Below are positions 45,987-55,858 of a DNA stretch of 64,000 bases, piece by piece (the stretch's first letter is position 1; each line of letters opens with the position of its first letter). This DNA is from an uncultured bacterium. Lineage in GTDB: Bacteria > Myxococcota_A > UBA9160 > SMWR01. Position numbers and translations under genes: made by a program. The notes beneath the pieces were generated by a model. It saw only the letters and a list, made by a program, of their open reading frames with translations. It did not search any database and was not told the DNA's origin. The DNA lies in NCBI GenBank assembly GCA_937937315.1, contig CALDCK010000066.1, positions 16,684-80,683 of the forward strand. Direction: 5' to 3'.

Positions 45987-47552
45987 TCAGCCCCGCGTCC
46001 GTCGCCGCGGCTTCGGTCGGGCGGCGAGGGCGTTGAGCATCTTTTCCGTCGCGACCACCGCGGCCGCCAGCTGATCCGAGTCCACGCCGATCGTCGAGAA
46101 GGTGCCCTCGGCGTGAGCCTCGGACTTCCAGGTGATGATCGTCTCGACCAGGGCGGCGGTTCGCCCGCCGGGCGGGATGCGCACGCGGTAGTCCTCGAGG
46201 CGACCGACCGCGAGGCGCAGCTTCTTCGCCGCGAGCCGCAGCGCGGTCATGAAGGCGTCGTAACCGCCGTCGCCGCTCGCCGTCGCCGTCGCCGTCCGCT
46301 TGCGGAAGGCGAGGGTCACCGTGGCGCGCGGCGGCTCGCCGGTCGCGACGGTCACTTCGTAGTCGAGCACCCGAACGAACTGCTCCTCCGGGGTCTTCAG
46401 GACGTCGGCGATGATGTAGGGAAGGTCCTGGACTCCGACGGTGTGCTTCTTGTCGCCGAGCTCGATGATCCGCTTGAGCACGACGTCGCGGTCCGTCGCG
46501 GGGAGTGCGATGCCGAGCAGCTTCAGGTTGTGGTCGAGGGATGCCTTTCCCGAGAGCTTTCCCAGCGCGTAGCGCCGGCGCTGGGCGAAGCGCGCTGGCG
46601 CCAGGCGGCTCGCGTAGAGGTCGCCCTTCGCGTCGCCGTCGGCGTGGATGCCGGCGGTCTGGGTGAAGACGTCGCGCCCGACCAGGGGCGTATTCGCGGC
46701 TACGTCCTTGCCGCTGAAGGTCTCGACGAGGCGCGAGACCGCCGCCAGTCGCGATTCGACCACACCGGTGCGATAGGAGGTGTGGTCGTGGAGGGCGACG
46801 ACGACCTCCGCCAGGCGGGTGTTGCCCGCGCGCTCTCCCATGCCGTTCACGCTGGTGTGCACGCCCTGGGCGCCGGCCTGGACCGCCGCCAGACAGTTCG
46901 CCGTCGCGAGACCGTAGTCGTTGTGCGCGTGGTACTCGAAGCTGACGTCGGGCCAGGTAGCGGTCATGAGGCCCACGTAGCGATTCACGTCGTCGGGGGC
47001 GAGGATACCGAGGGTGTCCGGGAGATAGATGCGCTGGACGCCGGCCTCGCGCATCAGCTGGACCATGGCGAACACGTAGTCGAAGGAGTCGCGGACGCCG
47101 TTCGACCAGTCTTCGAGGTAGGGGTTCAGCTTCAGGCGTTTGCGCTTCGCCGCCTGGATGGTCCGGGTCACGGCGCTGCGATGCTGCTCGGGCGTGACGC
47201 CGAGCTGTCCCCGGCAGTGGGTCTCGGAGCCCTTCACCAGGAGGTTCATCACGCGGCCGCCTGTCGCGGCGATCCAGTCCACCGAGGTGCGCCCGTCGCA
47301 GTAGCCGAGCATCTCGACCCGCGAGAGCAATCGCTGCTTTCGCGCCCAGTCGGTGACGAGGCGCGCGGCCCTGCGCTCGCCCTTCGATACCCGGCTCGAG
47401 GCGATCTCGATGCGATCGACCTTCACCTCGGCGAGGAGCAGGCGCGCGAGCTGGAGCTTCTCGGCGGGCGTGTAGGAGACGTCCGGGGTCTGCTCGCCGT
47501 CGCGCAGGGTCGTGTCCATGATCTGGACGGTCGGGGGGGACTTTCGGCTCAA
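45987..47552 (-). CDS. cimA: (R)-citramalate synthase / LeuA-family (CimA-like)
   Basis: DTTLRDGEQ, HAHNDYGLATAN, GMGERAGNT and FTQTAGIHADGD. The C-terminal regulatory domain (GDGGYDAFM, YRVRIPPGGRTAALVET) is colinear with my recalled Leptospira CimA. Start is TTG 47552 or ATG 47519. Confidence 0.8.
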   Translation of the reverse strand: MSRKSPPTVQIMDTTLRDGEQTPDVSYTPAEKLQLARLLLAEVKVDRIEIASSRVSKGERRAARLVTDWARKQRLLSRVEMLGYCDGRTSVDWIAATGGRVMNLLVKGSETHCRGQLGVTPEQHRSAVTRTIQAAKRKRLKLNPYLEDWSNGVRDSFDYVFAMVQLMREAGVQRIYLPDTLGILAPDDVNRYVGLMTATWPDVSFEYHAHNDYGLATANCLAAVQAGAQGVHTSVNGMGERAGNTRLAEVVVALHDHTSYRTGVVESRLAAVSRLVETFSGKDVAANTPLVGRDVFTQTAGIHADGDAKGDLYASRLAPARFAQRRRYALGKLSGKASLDHNLKLLGIALPATDRDVVLKRIIELGDKKHTVGVQDLPYIIADVLKTPEEQFVRVLDYEVTVATGEPPRATVTLAFRKRTATATASGDGGYDAFMTALRLAAKKLRLAVGRLEDYRVRIPPGGRTAALVETIITWKSEAHAEGTFSTIGVDSDQLAAAVVATEKMLNALAARPKPRRRTRG

Positions 47553-47652
47553 GGGGCGCTCCGGGTCTGCGATTCTGACCGCACGGCGACTCCTGTCAAC
47601 CGAGACGCGTCGCGTCGGGCGTAGGATCCTGCGGAAGGCCTACACTGGTTTC

Positions 47653-48588
47653 GTGAGCGATGCGCCCCAGCTGCTCGAGGTCGGCCCCCCGGAGGCGGGT
47701 CGCCGGCTCGACGTCTTCCTGGCCGAGCGGCTCGGCCTCTCCCGGGCCCAGACCCGGCGCCTGCTAGGACGCGGCGTGGTGCAGGTGGAGGGTCGAGCGG
47801 TCGCCGAGGCGGCGAAGGGTCTCACCGTACGCGCGGGTGAGGTCGTCGCCGTCGCGCCCTTCACGGCGCCGGCCGCCATGCGGGTCCGGCCCGATCCCGG
47901 GGCTTCGCTGCGGATCGTCGCCGAGGGCCCGGGCTGGCTCGCCGTCGACAAGCCCGCGGGTGTGCCGGTGCATCCCCTGGCTGAGGAAGAGGGCGGTACG
48001 CTCCTGAATGCCCTGATCGCGCGCCATCCCGAGGTGCACGGCGTAGGGGAGGGGGCGCTGCGCAGCGGCGTGGTGCACCGCCTCGACGTGGACACGTCGG
48101 GGGTCATGCTCTTCGCCACGGACCAGGAACGCTGGCTCCGGCTGCGACAGGGATTCGCGGAGCACCGGGTCGAGAAGGTGTACCGGGCGATCGTGCGCGG
48201 CCGGCTCGAGGGCTCCGGAGAGATCGTCCTTCCGCTGCTGCTGGCGCGCCATCGGCCCGCCCGCGTGCGCGTGGCCTCCGACGCAGAGGCCTCTCGGGCT
48301 CGCGGCGTGTGGATGTCGTCGCTGGCGTGGAAGGTGCTCGAGCTCTTCGCCGATGCGACACTGATCGAGGTTCGCCCCCGGACCGGCTTCCTGCACCAGA
48401 TCCGCGTGACCTTCGCTCACCTCGGCCACCCCCTCGTCGGCGACCGGACCTACGACGTGTCGGGCCCCCGGGAGGCCGGTCGTCACATGCTCCATGCGGC
48501 ACGGGTTGCTTTCGAAGACGTCGAGGGCCGCGCCGACGATGCGGAGGACTTCGCGGCCTGGCTCGACCGACTGCGAGGGGCGCCGTGA
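47653..48588 (+). CDS. RluA-family pseudouridine synthase (S4 domain + catalytic domain)
   Basis: S4-like N-terminus (RLDVFLAERLGLSRAQTRRLL). The catalytic motif is HRLDVDTSGVMLFA, and the sequence also has HQIRVTFAHLGHPLVGD. GTG start at 47653. Confidence 0.8.
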   Translation: MSDAPQLLEVGPPEAGRRLDVFLAERLGLSRAQTRRLLGRGVVQVEGRAVAEAAKGLTVRAGEVVAVAPFTAPAAMRVRPDPGASLRIVAEGPGWLAVDKPAGVPVHPLAEEEGGTLLNALIARHPEVHGVGEGALRSGVVHRLDVDTSGVMLFATDQERWLRLRQGFAEHRVEKVYRAIVRGRLEGSGEIVLPLLLARHRPARVRVASDAEASRARGVWMSSLAWKVLELFADATLIEVRPRTGFLHQIRVTFAHLGHPLVGDRTYDVSGPREAGRHMLHAARVAFEDVEGRADDAEDFAAWLDRLRGAP

Positions 48589-49130
48589 GGATCCAGATCG
48601 TGGTGGCCTCGGCGACGGGTCGTACTCAGCGGATGGCGGAAGCCTTCGCCGAGGGTGCGCGTCAGGGCGGAGCCGAGGTCGCGATCGCGTCGGCCCACGA
48701 GACGACCGACGCCGACCTCCTCGCCGCCGACGCCATCGCGTTGGGGAGTGGTGTCCACATGGGAGGCATCGCCTCGGAGATGCGCCGCTTCTTCGAGCGG
48801 ACCGCGCCGCTCTGGCTCGAGGGAAGGCTCCAGGGTCGGATCGGCGCGGCCTTTGCTACCGCCGGGGAGGGCGGCCGCGGAGGCGGAGAGCTCTCCCTGC
48901 TGGCCCTGCTCGCCTATCTCGCCGAGAACGGGCTGCTCCTGGTGCCGATGAACAATCGCCTCCCGGGCTTCCGCGCCGCCGGCTGTCACTGGGGTCCCCT
49001 GGCACGAACGAACCCGGGCGCCAACGCCCCGGGCCCCACCGACGCGCAGCTCGAGGCGGCGCGCTCCCACGGTCGGCACGTGGCGGAGTGCACGGCGCGC
49101 TGGCTCGCCGGAGCGCCTTCGGACTCGTGA
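48585..49130 (+). CDS. Flavodoxin-like fold protein (WrbA/NAD(P)H:quinone oxidoreductase-like)
   Basis: IQIVVASATGRTQRMAEAFAEGA... matches the flavodoxin-like pattern. Its GTG overlaps the upstream stop (GTGA). Confidence 0.6.
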   Translation: MRIQIVVASATGRTQRMAEAFAEGARQGGAEVAIASAHETTDADLLAADAIALGSGVHMGGIASEMRRFFERTAPLWLEGRLQGRIGAAFATAGEGGRGGGELSLLALLAYLAENGLLLVPMNNRLPGFRAAGCHWGPLARTNPGANAPGPTDAQLEAARSHGRHVAECTARWLAGAPSDS

Positions 49131-49190
49131 TCCGTCGTGGGGGGCCGGACCGCGGGGCTTCCGGCCCGCGAGGGTCCCGCAGCCCGGCCT

Positions 49191-49946
49191 TCAGCGCGCC
49201 GACCGACCCTGGGCGCGCATCTGGAGCTGCATGGCGATTGCCTTCTCGTCCTCGGCCTCGGGGATCATTCCGCACCGCTGGTAGAGGATGGAGAGGTTGG
49301 TGTGGCTCAGGGGATCGTCGGGCTCGAGCTCGATCAGACGCTTCCCGGCCTCGATGGCGGCGTCGAACTCGCCCTTCTGCCGATAGGCGAGGCTGAGTCC
49401 GTTCCAGGCGAGGGCGAACTCCGGGTCGACTTCGATCGCGCGCTGGAAGACCTCGATCGCCGGATCGATGCGATCGTTCGCGAAGTGCTCGAAGCCCTCC
49501 TTGTAGAGCGGGTGGGCGGGGGAGCGCCCCGCCGAGGCGTTCTCGGCCAGGGATCGACGGGCCTTCGGCGCATCGTCTGCTGCCGGCTCGGGGGCGGACT
49601 CGCCAAGGGCGCGCTGTGCGCGTCGGAGGAACACCCGGGCCTCGTTGCCGGTCTGGAGGTCGCCGGTGCGGTCGGCGAGGTCGGCGGCGGCCTGCAGCGC
49701 CTCACGAGCCGCCAGGGCCTGCCCACAGCCGAGCAGTGCCCGGCCCAGATCGCGGTGAGCGGCCGTGTAGCTCGGGTCCACGGCCGTCGCCCGGCGGAAG
49801 GGCACGATCGCCTCCTTCGCCCGGTCGAGCTCGAGGAGCGCCCGCCCGAGTCCGAACCAGGACATCGCGTCGTCGGGCTCGTCCTCGAGCAGCGCGCGCA
49901 GGCGATCCACCCGTTCCTCGAGCTGGGCCGTCGGGGGCTGTGCCAT
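49191..49946 (-). CDS. TPR-repeat protein
   Basis: Repeated TPR consensus (WFGLGRALLELDRAKEAIVPFRRATAVDP; ALAWNGLSLAYRQKGEFDAAIEAGKRLIELEP). Confidence 0.7.
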   Translation of the reverse strand: MAQPPTAQLEERVDRLRALLEDEPDDAMSWFGLGRALLELDRAKEAIVPFRRATAVDPSYTAAHRDLGRALLGCGQALAAREALQAAADLADRTGDLQTGNEARVFLRRAQRALGESAPEPAADDAPKARRSLAENASAGRSPAHPLYKEGFEHFANDRIDPAIEVFQRAIEVDPEFALAWNGLSLAYRQKGEFDAAIEAGKRLIELEPDDPLSHTNLSILYQRCGMIPEAEDEKAIAMQLQMRAQGRSAR

Positions 49947-50059
49947 GGGGCGACCCTACCGAAGGTAGGCCGGGATCCGCCCCCCTTTGCAGGCCGGCCC
50001 CAGCTCCTAGAATGGCGCCTCTCCCCACAGCGGGCTGTGGTTCCCAGCCGAGACGACCG

Positions 50060-51277
50060 ATGCAGGATTCTATGGACTCCACGAGCGCGCTCCGGGCGAG
50101 GTGGCCGGATCTCCGCCGCCTCTTCTTCGCCCGCCTCGTCTTCAACCTCGCCGCCGTGCTGGGGGTGGCGCAGCTCGTGTTGCTGCACTGGGTCCTGGTG
50201 CTGACCGGGTCGAGCCCGGTCCCGACGCCGACCCTCGTGTCGATCGGTGGCGTCCTGGTCGTTGCGAACGGCCTGGCGGTGCCGCGGGTCACCCGCCTGC
50301 GGCGCTATCCGGGCCCGGCGGGCCTGGCGGCTCGTCTCTACGTCGAGAGCGGCGTGGCGGTCCTGCTGATCGGCGTCGCGATCGCCATTTCCTGGGCCCT
50401 CTTCCTGCCGGCTCGGATCGCCCTGGGCTTCGAGGCAGCGTTGGTGGCCTTCCGGACCGCGAGCCCGGCGCTCGTCGCCCTGGTGGCGGTGGTCGTCGCC
50501 TGGGGCTTCACCGGCGGCCAGGCTCGGGTCGCGCGCACGCGCCTGCGCGTGAAGATCCAAGGGCTCCACCGGGATCTCGACGGCCTGCGGATCGTCCAGA
50601 TCAGCGACCTCCACATCGGCAATGCCCTCGAGGGCGAGCGGCTGTCCCAGATGGTGGATCGGGTGAACGCCGAGAACGCCGACCTCATCGTGCTGACCGG
50701 CGACCTCTTCGACTTCGATCCCGACGTGGTCGACGACGGCGCCCGGCGCCTGGGTGGGCTGCGGGCGCGCCTCGGGGTCTACGCCATCCTGGGGAACCAC
50801 GACGTCTACGTCGGAGCAGATCGGGTGGCCGAGGCGCTGCGATCGAAGGCCCCGCGCCTGCGATTGCTCCGCGACGAGATCGTGCGCATCCCGACCGAGG
50901 AGCCGCTCTATCTGGCCGGCCTGGAAGACCCGGGTCGGCGCTGGTTCGACCGTGGGCTGCGCTACCCGGTGCTGGATGCCCTGGCGGAGCGGCGTCCCAC
51001 CGACGGCCCGGTCCTGCTGCTGGCTCACCAGCCCGAGATCTTCGAGCACGCTGCGGAGCTGGGCTTCCCGCTGGTGCTCGCCGGCCACACCCACGGCGGT
51101 CAGCTCGCCCTGCCGGGAGGGCACTGGAACCTGGCCCGGGTGATGACTCCCCTGACCCGCGGCGTGTTCCGGCGCGGAGGGACGACCCTCTACGTGAACC
51201 GGGGGATCGGCGTCGGCGGTCCCGCCATGCGGGTCAACTGCCCCCGGGAGATCGCCAGCATCGAGCTCGACGCCTGA
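50060..51277 (+). CDS. Membrane-anchored metallophosphoesterase
   Basis: About 4 N-terminal TM helices followed by calcineurin-like motifs (QISDLHIG, TGDLFD, GNHD, GHTHGG). Start trimmed to ATG 50060. Confidence 0.8.
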   Translation: MQDSMDSTSALRARWPDLRRLFFARLVFNLAAVLGVAQLVLLHWVLVLTGSSPVPTPTLVSIGGVLVVANGLAVPRVTRLRRYPGPAGLAARLYVESGVAVLLIGVAIAISWALFLPARIALGFEAALVAFRTASPALVALVAVVVAWGFTGGQARVARTRLRVKIQGLHRDLDGLRIVQISDLHIGNALEGERLSQMVDRVNAENADLIVLTGDLFDFDPDVVDDGARRLGGLRARLGVYAILGNHDVYVGADRVAEALRSKAPRLRLLRDEIVRIPTEEPLYLAGLEDPGRRWFDRGLRYPVLDALAERRPTDGPVLLLAHQPEIFEHAAELGFPLVLAGHTHGGQLALPGGHWNLARVMTPLTRGVFRRGGTTLYVNRGIGVGGPAMRVNCPREIASIELDA

Positions 51278-51304
51278 GCCCCCTTCGCCGGCGCGAGGGC
51301 CGGA

Positions 51305-52195
51305 TCAGCCGAGGGACTTCTCGAGGATGTCGATCAGCCGGTGGCGGCGGAACCCGACGTTCGCATAGGCCCGCAGCGCGGTGCGATTTGCCGGGGAGAG
51401 CATCAGGAGGCCGGACACGGCGCCGGCCTCGAAGCGACGCCGCAGGGCCCAGGAGGTCAGCGCCGAGCCGAGGCCGTGGCCGCGGAGCTCGCGGGAGACG
51501 CCCACGTAGGCGACCCAGACCCGACGCGGCCAGTGGGTCTCGATCTCGACGAAGCCGGCGAGTGAGTCTCCGCGCCGCGCAACGACGTGGGCGTGGCGTC
51601 CATCGCCGAGGACCTTCTGCATCTGCTCGGGGCCGCGCTCCCCGAAGCCGCACTCCCGGAAGAGCGCGAGGATCGCCTCGCCGTCGCCGGGCTGCGCTTC
51701 CTCGAAGACGATGTCCTCGTCCGGCGGCTCTTCGTCTCGCGGCACCACGTCGCAACGCATGAGGAAGGCCTGCTGGTTGGGGCGGAACCCGTGGCTCGTG
51801 AGCAGCGAGTAGCCGGCGCGATTGCGCGTGCCGATGCCCGCGGTGAGGACGCGGATGCCCAGCGTCCCGGTGGCCAGGTCCTGGGCTGCGCGCAGGAGCT
51901 CGCCGCCGATGCCGTGCCCGCGCTCGCCGCGCTTCACGATCGGGCAGAAGATGCCGGCAGCCGAGTCCCCGGGCTGGCGTAGGAAGCCGATCATTCCCAC
52001 CACCTCGCCGTCGCCGCGATCCGCCACCAGCACGTGGTCCTCGGCGGCGATGCCGAAGCGGGCGAACTCGGCCTCGAGCTCCTCCTCGCTCTCCCAGAGC
52101 GGATTGAGCACGAAGTCGGTCTCCCCCCGCGCGCAGTCGCGGGAGAGCGCGACGAGGGCGGGCAGGTCGTTCGGACGCAGAGATCGGATGTCCAT
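51305..52195 (-). CDS. Tandem GNAT-domain N-acetyltransferase
   Basis: Two acetyl-CoA-binding motifs (RGHGIGGELL; RGHGLGSALT) in a 296-aa protein. The architecture resembles MshD. No substrate can be inferred. Confidence 0.7.
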   Translation of the reverse strand: MDIRSLRPNDLPALVALSRDCARGETDFVLNPLWESEEELEAEFARFGIAAEDHVLVADRGDGEVVGMIGFLRQPGDSAAGIFCPIVKRGERGHGIGGELLRAAQDLATGTLGIRVLTAGIGTRNRAGYSLLTSHGFRPNQQAFLMRCDVVPRDEEPPDEDIVFEEAQPGDGEAILALFRECGFGERGPEQMQKVLGDGRHAHVVARRGDSLAGFVEIETHWPRRVWVAYVGVSRELRGHGLGSALTSWALRRRFEAGAVSGLLMLSPANRTALRAYANVGFRRHRLIDILEKSLG

Positions 52196-52370
52196 CGTCA
52201 GGCGCAGCCTCGGAGCGCGCTCGGAGCGAGCCCGCGGTGGGTGGAGTCGAAGGGCCGCGCCCTAGACGGACAGGATCCCGATGTCTGCCCTCGCATCCTG
52301 CTCACGCTCCTAGTATGCCGCCGGGGCGGGACTCGTGGGAAGGGCCATGTCCCCGGCGAGCCGCGTCCCC

Positions 52371-53969
52371 TCACTCGCCCGCTCCGGAGCCGACCCGGCG
52401 CCGGATGGCCTGGACGATCCGCCCGAGGCCGACGTCGCGACCGCGCGGGATCTGGAAGTAATGGTCTCCATCGTCCTTGACCAGGAAGTTGACCCGCTGC
52501 CCGGTCAGCACCTGCTCGAAGGGCTCGCCGTCTCGCGGCGCATGGTCGAGCTTCGCGAACACGCGCTGGCCCTCGATGTCGAGGAGCGCGACGTGGAGCG
52601 GCTCCCCGCCTCCGGAGGTCACGTAGATCGTGGTCGCGGCCAGCACCGTTGCTCGCGCACCGTCGAGGCCGCTCGGCCGCGTCCGCGACCGGTGCCGCGG
52701 GTGCGACTCGAAGTGAACCCGTGGCTGCGCGACCGCGTCGCGTCGCCGGCGCGCGTCGGTTCGCTCGAGAATCGTGACGTAGTTGTTGTTTCCCGGTCCG
52801 CCGATCGAGTGGGAGAGGCCGATGCGCGCCCTCGGCACCTGGGCCTCGCGGTGGGGGAAGCGGTCGGTCAGCTGGAGGTAGTTCTCGGCGATCTGGAAGA
52901 GACCCGTCCCGCCGACGGGATGTCCCCGGGCCTTGAGTCCACCGGAGAGGTTGGTGGGGATGCGGCCCCGCGGCCCGGTGATGGGATTGCGCAGCGGATC
53001 CACCGGATCGCGGCGCAGATCCCCGACCAGCGCCTCGACGGCGTCCTCCGGGTCGACGAGTCCCAGATCGGCGAGTCCGATGGGCAGCAGGCTGTTGAAG
53101 GCGTCGTGGGCCTCGACCACCAGTCCCTCGAGGGCCCGGGGGCTCGCGATGCCCGCGCGCCAATAGGCAATCCGCGCCGCCTGGCGGGTTGCGTCGAGGC
53201 TGGTCAGGGCGCTGCGATCGAGGATCGAGGAGGTCTCGGTGGCGGAGCCGAGGCCGGCGACGCGGACCGCCTGGGGCTTCGCGGTGAGGATCAGCGCGGC
53301 GGCACCGTCGCAGATTGGAGAGCAGTCCTTGCGCATGAGCGGCGTGGCCACCGGTAGATTGCGCGTGGAGTCGTAGTAGGCGTCGAGGGGCTCGGCCCGG
53401 CCGTAGAAGGCGGCCAGGGGGTTCTTCGCTGCGAGGGCGTGGGCGCGGAACATGAGCCGCGCCAGCACGTCGGAGACGGCCTTGCCCGAGAGGCGGCGTT
53501 CGCGAAACCAGGCCTGGGTGATGAGCGCGATCAGCGCCGGCATCGTGAAACCGAAGCGTCGCTCCTCGGGATCGACGGTCTTGGACATGATCGCGGTGGC
53601 GACATCGGTCGTCACCATCTTCATGCGTTCCCCGCCGAGCACGAGCACGCTCTCGAACTCGCCGGAGGCGATCTTGTAATAGGCCTCGTGGAGTGCGGCG
53701 GCGCCGGTGGAAGAGGCGGTCTCGGTCCGGACCGCGGGGATTCCGGTGAGTCCGAGGCGGTCGGCGATCTTGGTGGCGATGTTGGCGCGGTTCTCGAATT
53801 CCTCGCTGTCCATGATGCCGACCTGGACGGCGTCGAAGGTGCGCACCGAGGTGTCGACCAGCGCAGCCCGGTAGGCTTCGGAGAAGAGATCGAAGATCGA
53901 CGCAAAGATACGACCGGTGAGATCGACCTTCGTGAGGCCGACGGCGGCGACATAGACCTCCCTTCCCAT
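52371..53969 (-). CDS. Thiolase-like (SCP-x/archaeal-type) domain fused to a C-terminal DUF35 OB-fold domain; nucleophile Cys replaced by Ser
   Basis: ATG 53969 (MGREVYVAAVGLT). The thiolase-fold motifs are ...TETASSTGAAALHEAYYKIASGEFESVLVLGGERM..., NLSGGLKARGHPVGGTG and SHSIGGPG. The C-terminal ~110 aa has an OB pattern (GARATVLAATTIYVT...LHVALLDIEGQRVFAKL...GQRVNFLV). The upstream part of the track ORF (to 54425) is junk. Confidence 0.7.
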   Translation of the reverse strand: MGREVYVAAVGLTKVDLTGRIFASIFDLFSEAYRAALVDTSVRTFDAVQVGIMDSEEFENRANIATKIADRLGLTGIPAVRTETASSTGAAALHEAYYKIASGEFESVLVLGGERMKMVTTDVATAIMSKTVDPEERRFGFTMPALIALITQAWFRERRLSGKAVSDVLARLMFRAHALAAKNPLAAFYGRAEPLDAYYDSTRNLPVATPLMRKDCSPICDGAAALILTAKPQAVRVAGLGSATETSSILDRSALTSLDATRQAARIAYWRAGIASPRALEGLVVEAHDAFNSLLPIGLADLGLVDPEDAVEALVGDLRRDPVDPLRNPITGPRGRIPTNLSGGLKARGHPVGGTGLFQIAENYLQLTDRFPHREAQVPRARIGLSHSIGGPGNNNYVTILERTDARRRRDAVAQPRVHFESHPRHRSRTRPSGLDGARATVLAATTIYVTSGGGEPLHVALLDIEGQRVFAKLDHAPRDGEPFEQVLTGQRVNFLVKDDGDHYFQIPRGRDVGLGRIVQAIRRRVGSGAGE

Positions 53970-54075
53970 CGCCGCCGAACATAGCCCGAGCGGCGCCCTT
54001 GCCGCGGCCTCCCGCGCGGGAATCCCGGAGGAACCCGCTACGTTCCAGGCCAAGCCGGCCTCTGCCGCCGGCGCT

Positions 54076-55797
54076 ATGGGAGGTGAGATGCGAACGGCAC
54101 GCCGGTTCCTCATCGCGGTCGCAGTGGCGGCCTTTGCGGTCTGGATCCTGCTTCCCGGCGGCGGTCCGCGGATCGAGGACGGCAGCGTCCTCATCCTCGA
54201 CCTGGAGGGCGAGTTCATCGAGACCGCTGAGCCGCCCTTCTTCGCGCGCTTCCTGGGCAACCGGGGCAGACCCTTCGTCTCGATACTCTCGGAGATCGCC
54301 AAAGCGGAGCGCGACGAGCGCCTGGCCACCGTGATCTTCCGCATCCGCGACCTCTCTCTCGGATGGGCGAAGGCCCAGGAGCTCCGCGATGCCATCGCCG
54401 ACCTCTCCGCGGCGGGACGGCACACGGTTGCCTACCTCGAGCTCGCCAACTTCGGCGCCAATCTCGAGTACTACGTGGCGAGTGCGGCCGACGAGACCTA
54501 CGCGGCGCCGGCCGCGCGCGCTCCAGTGGTGGGCCTGGCGGCGGAGTACCTGTTCCTGGGAGGGCTGTGGGAGCGCTTCGGCGTCGAGGTCGAGGTGGAG
54601 CGCATCGGTCGTTATAAGAGCGCCGCCGAGTCCTTCGCCGGCCGGAGCATGAGCGACGCCACCCGGGAGATGGCGGAGTCGCTGCTCGACTCCGTCGACG
54701 CGCAGTTCGTCGAGGGTATCGCCCAGGGGCGCAGCCTGCCCGAGGAGGCCGTGCGAGATGCCATCGCCGCTGCGCCCATCGACCCGGCCGAGATGCAGAC
54801 CTGGGGGCTCGTGGACGGCGTGATGCAGCTCGACGAGCTGGTCGAGCACCTGGGCGGCGGGGACGTCGTGGACGCCGAGGACTACGCGGCGGTCCTGCCG
54901 TCGGACGTGGGCTTCGACCCGGTCGCCCAATTCGCCCTGGTCTACGGGAGCGGCAATGTGGTCACGGGCAAGGGCCGGGCCTCGCCGAACGGCTCGCCGA
55001 TCCTCGCCTCGGACACGGTCGCCGATGCTCTCGAGAAGGCGGCCGAAGACCCGGAGATCGACGCGATCATCTTCCGGATCGACAGCCCCGGCGGCTCCCC
55101 CCTGGCCTCGGACATCGTGTGGCGCGCGACGCAGCGGGTGAAGGCCGAGGGGAAGCCGATCATCGCCTCCTTCTCGGACGTCGCCGCCTCCGGGGGCTAC
55201 TACGTGGCCGCCGGCAGCGACACCATCGTGGCTTCGCCCGCCAGCATCACCGGGTCGATCGGCGTCTTCGTCCTGCGTCCCGTGCTCGGAGGAGCGCTGG
55301 AGAAGCTCGACATCGGCTTCGAGTCCCTGACGCGGGGCCGCCACGCCGACCTCCAGCTCTCGACCCGTCCCCTCAGCGGTCCGAGCCGCGAGCGACTCCG
55401 CGCGGAGGTGCGATCGATCTACGACCTTTTCGTCGAACGCGTCGCCGACGGGCGGGGAGCGGAGCCGGCGGAGATCGACGCCGTAGCTCGCGGTCGCGTC
55501 TGGACCGGCGCCCAGGCACTCGAGGCGGGTCTCATCGACGAGCTGGGCGGCCTGCGCGCCGCGGTGGCGGTGGGAAAGCGGAGGCTCTCCCTCGACGAGG
55601 ACGCCGACGTCGCCCTCGTCGTCTATCCACCGCCTCGCTCCCTCGCCGATCAGCTGGTCGAGGCGATGGGCGGCGCGCGCCTCACCCTCGTCCCCACTCC
55701 CCTCGACGGCGTCGTCGCACGGGCGCGTCCCTGGCTGCGGGCGCTGGCCGACGGGGCGCCCGCTGCCCTGCTTCCCTTCTCCCTCGAGATCCACTGA
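54076..55797 (+). CDS. sppA: Signal peptide peptidase SppA (67K type, two S49 domains)
   Basis: N-terminal TM anchor and a duplicated ClpP/crotonase-like fold. The Ser nucleophile region is FSDVAASGGYYVAAG, and the sequence also has IFRIDSPGGS and GSIGV. The start could be ATG 54088. Confidence 0.85.
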   Translation: MGGEMRTARRFLIAVAVAAFAVWILLPGGGPRIEDGSVLILDLEGEFIETAEPPFFARFLGNRGRPFVSILSEIAKAERDERLATVIFRIRDLSLGWAKAQELRDAIADLSAAGRHTVAYLELANFGANLEYYVASAADETYAAPAARAPVVGLAAEYLFLGGLWERFGVEVEVERIGRYKSAAESFAGRSMSDATREMAESLLDSVDAQFVEGIAQGRSLPEEAVRDAIAAAPIDPAEMQTWGLVDGVMQLDELVEHLGGGDVVDAEDYAAVLPSDVGFDPVAQFALVYGSGNVVTGKGRASPNGSPILASDTVADALEKAAEDPEIDAIIFRIDSPGGSPLASDIVWRATQRVKAEGKPIIASFSDVAASGGYYVAAGSDTIVASPASITGSIGVFVLRPVLGGALEKLDIGFESLTRGRHADLQLSTRPLSGPSRERLRAEVRSIYDLFVERVADGRGAEPAEIDAVARGRVWTGAQALEAGLIDELGGLRAAVAVGKRRLSLDEDADVALVVYPPPRSLADQLVEAMGGARLTLVPTPLDGVVARARPWLRALADGAPAALLPFSLEIH

Positions 55798-55858
55798 CCG
55801 GATCCTGTCGCGCGGGCTTCGGCCCGCGTAGAATGTCGGGAATCCGAGGGAGGTCTGC

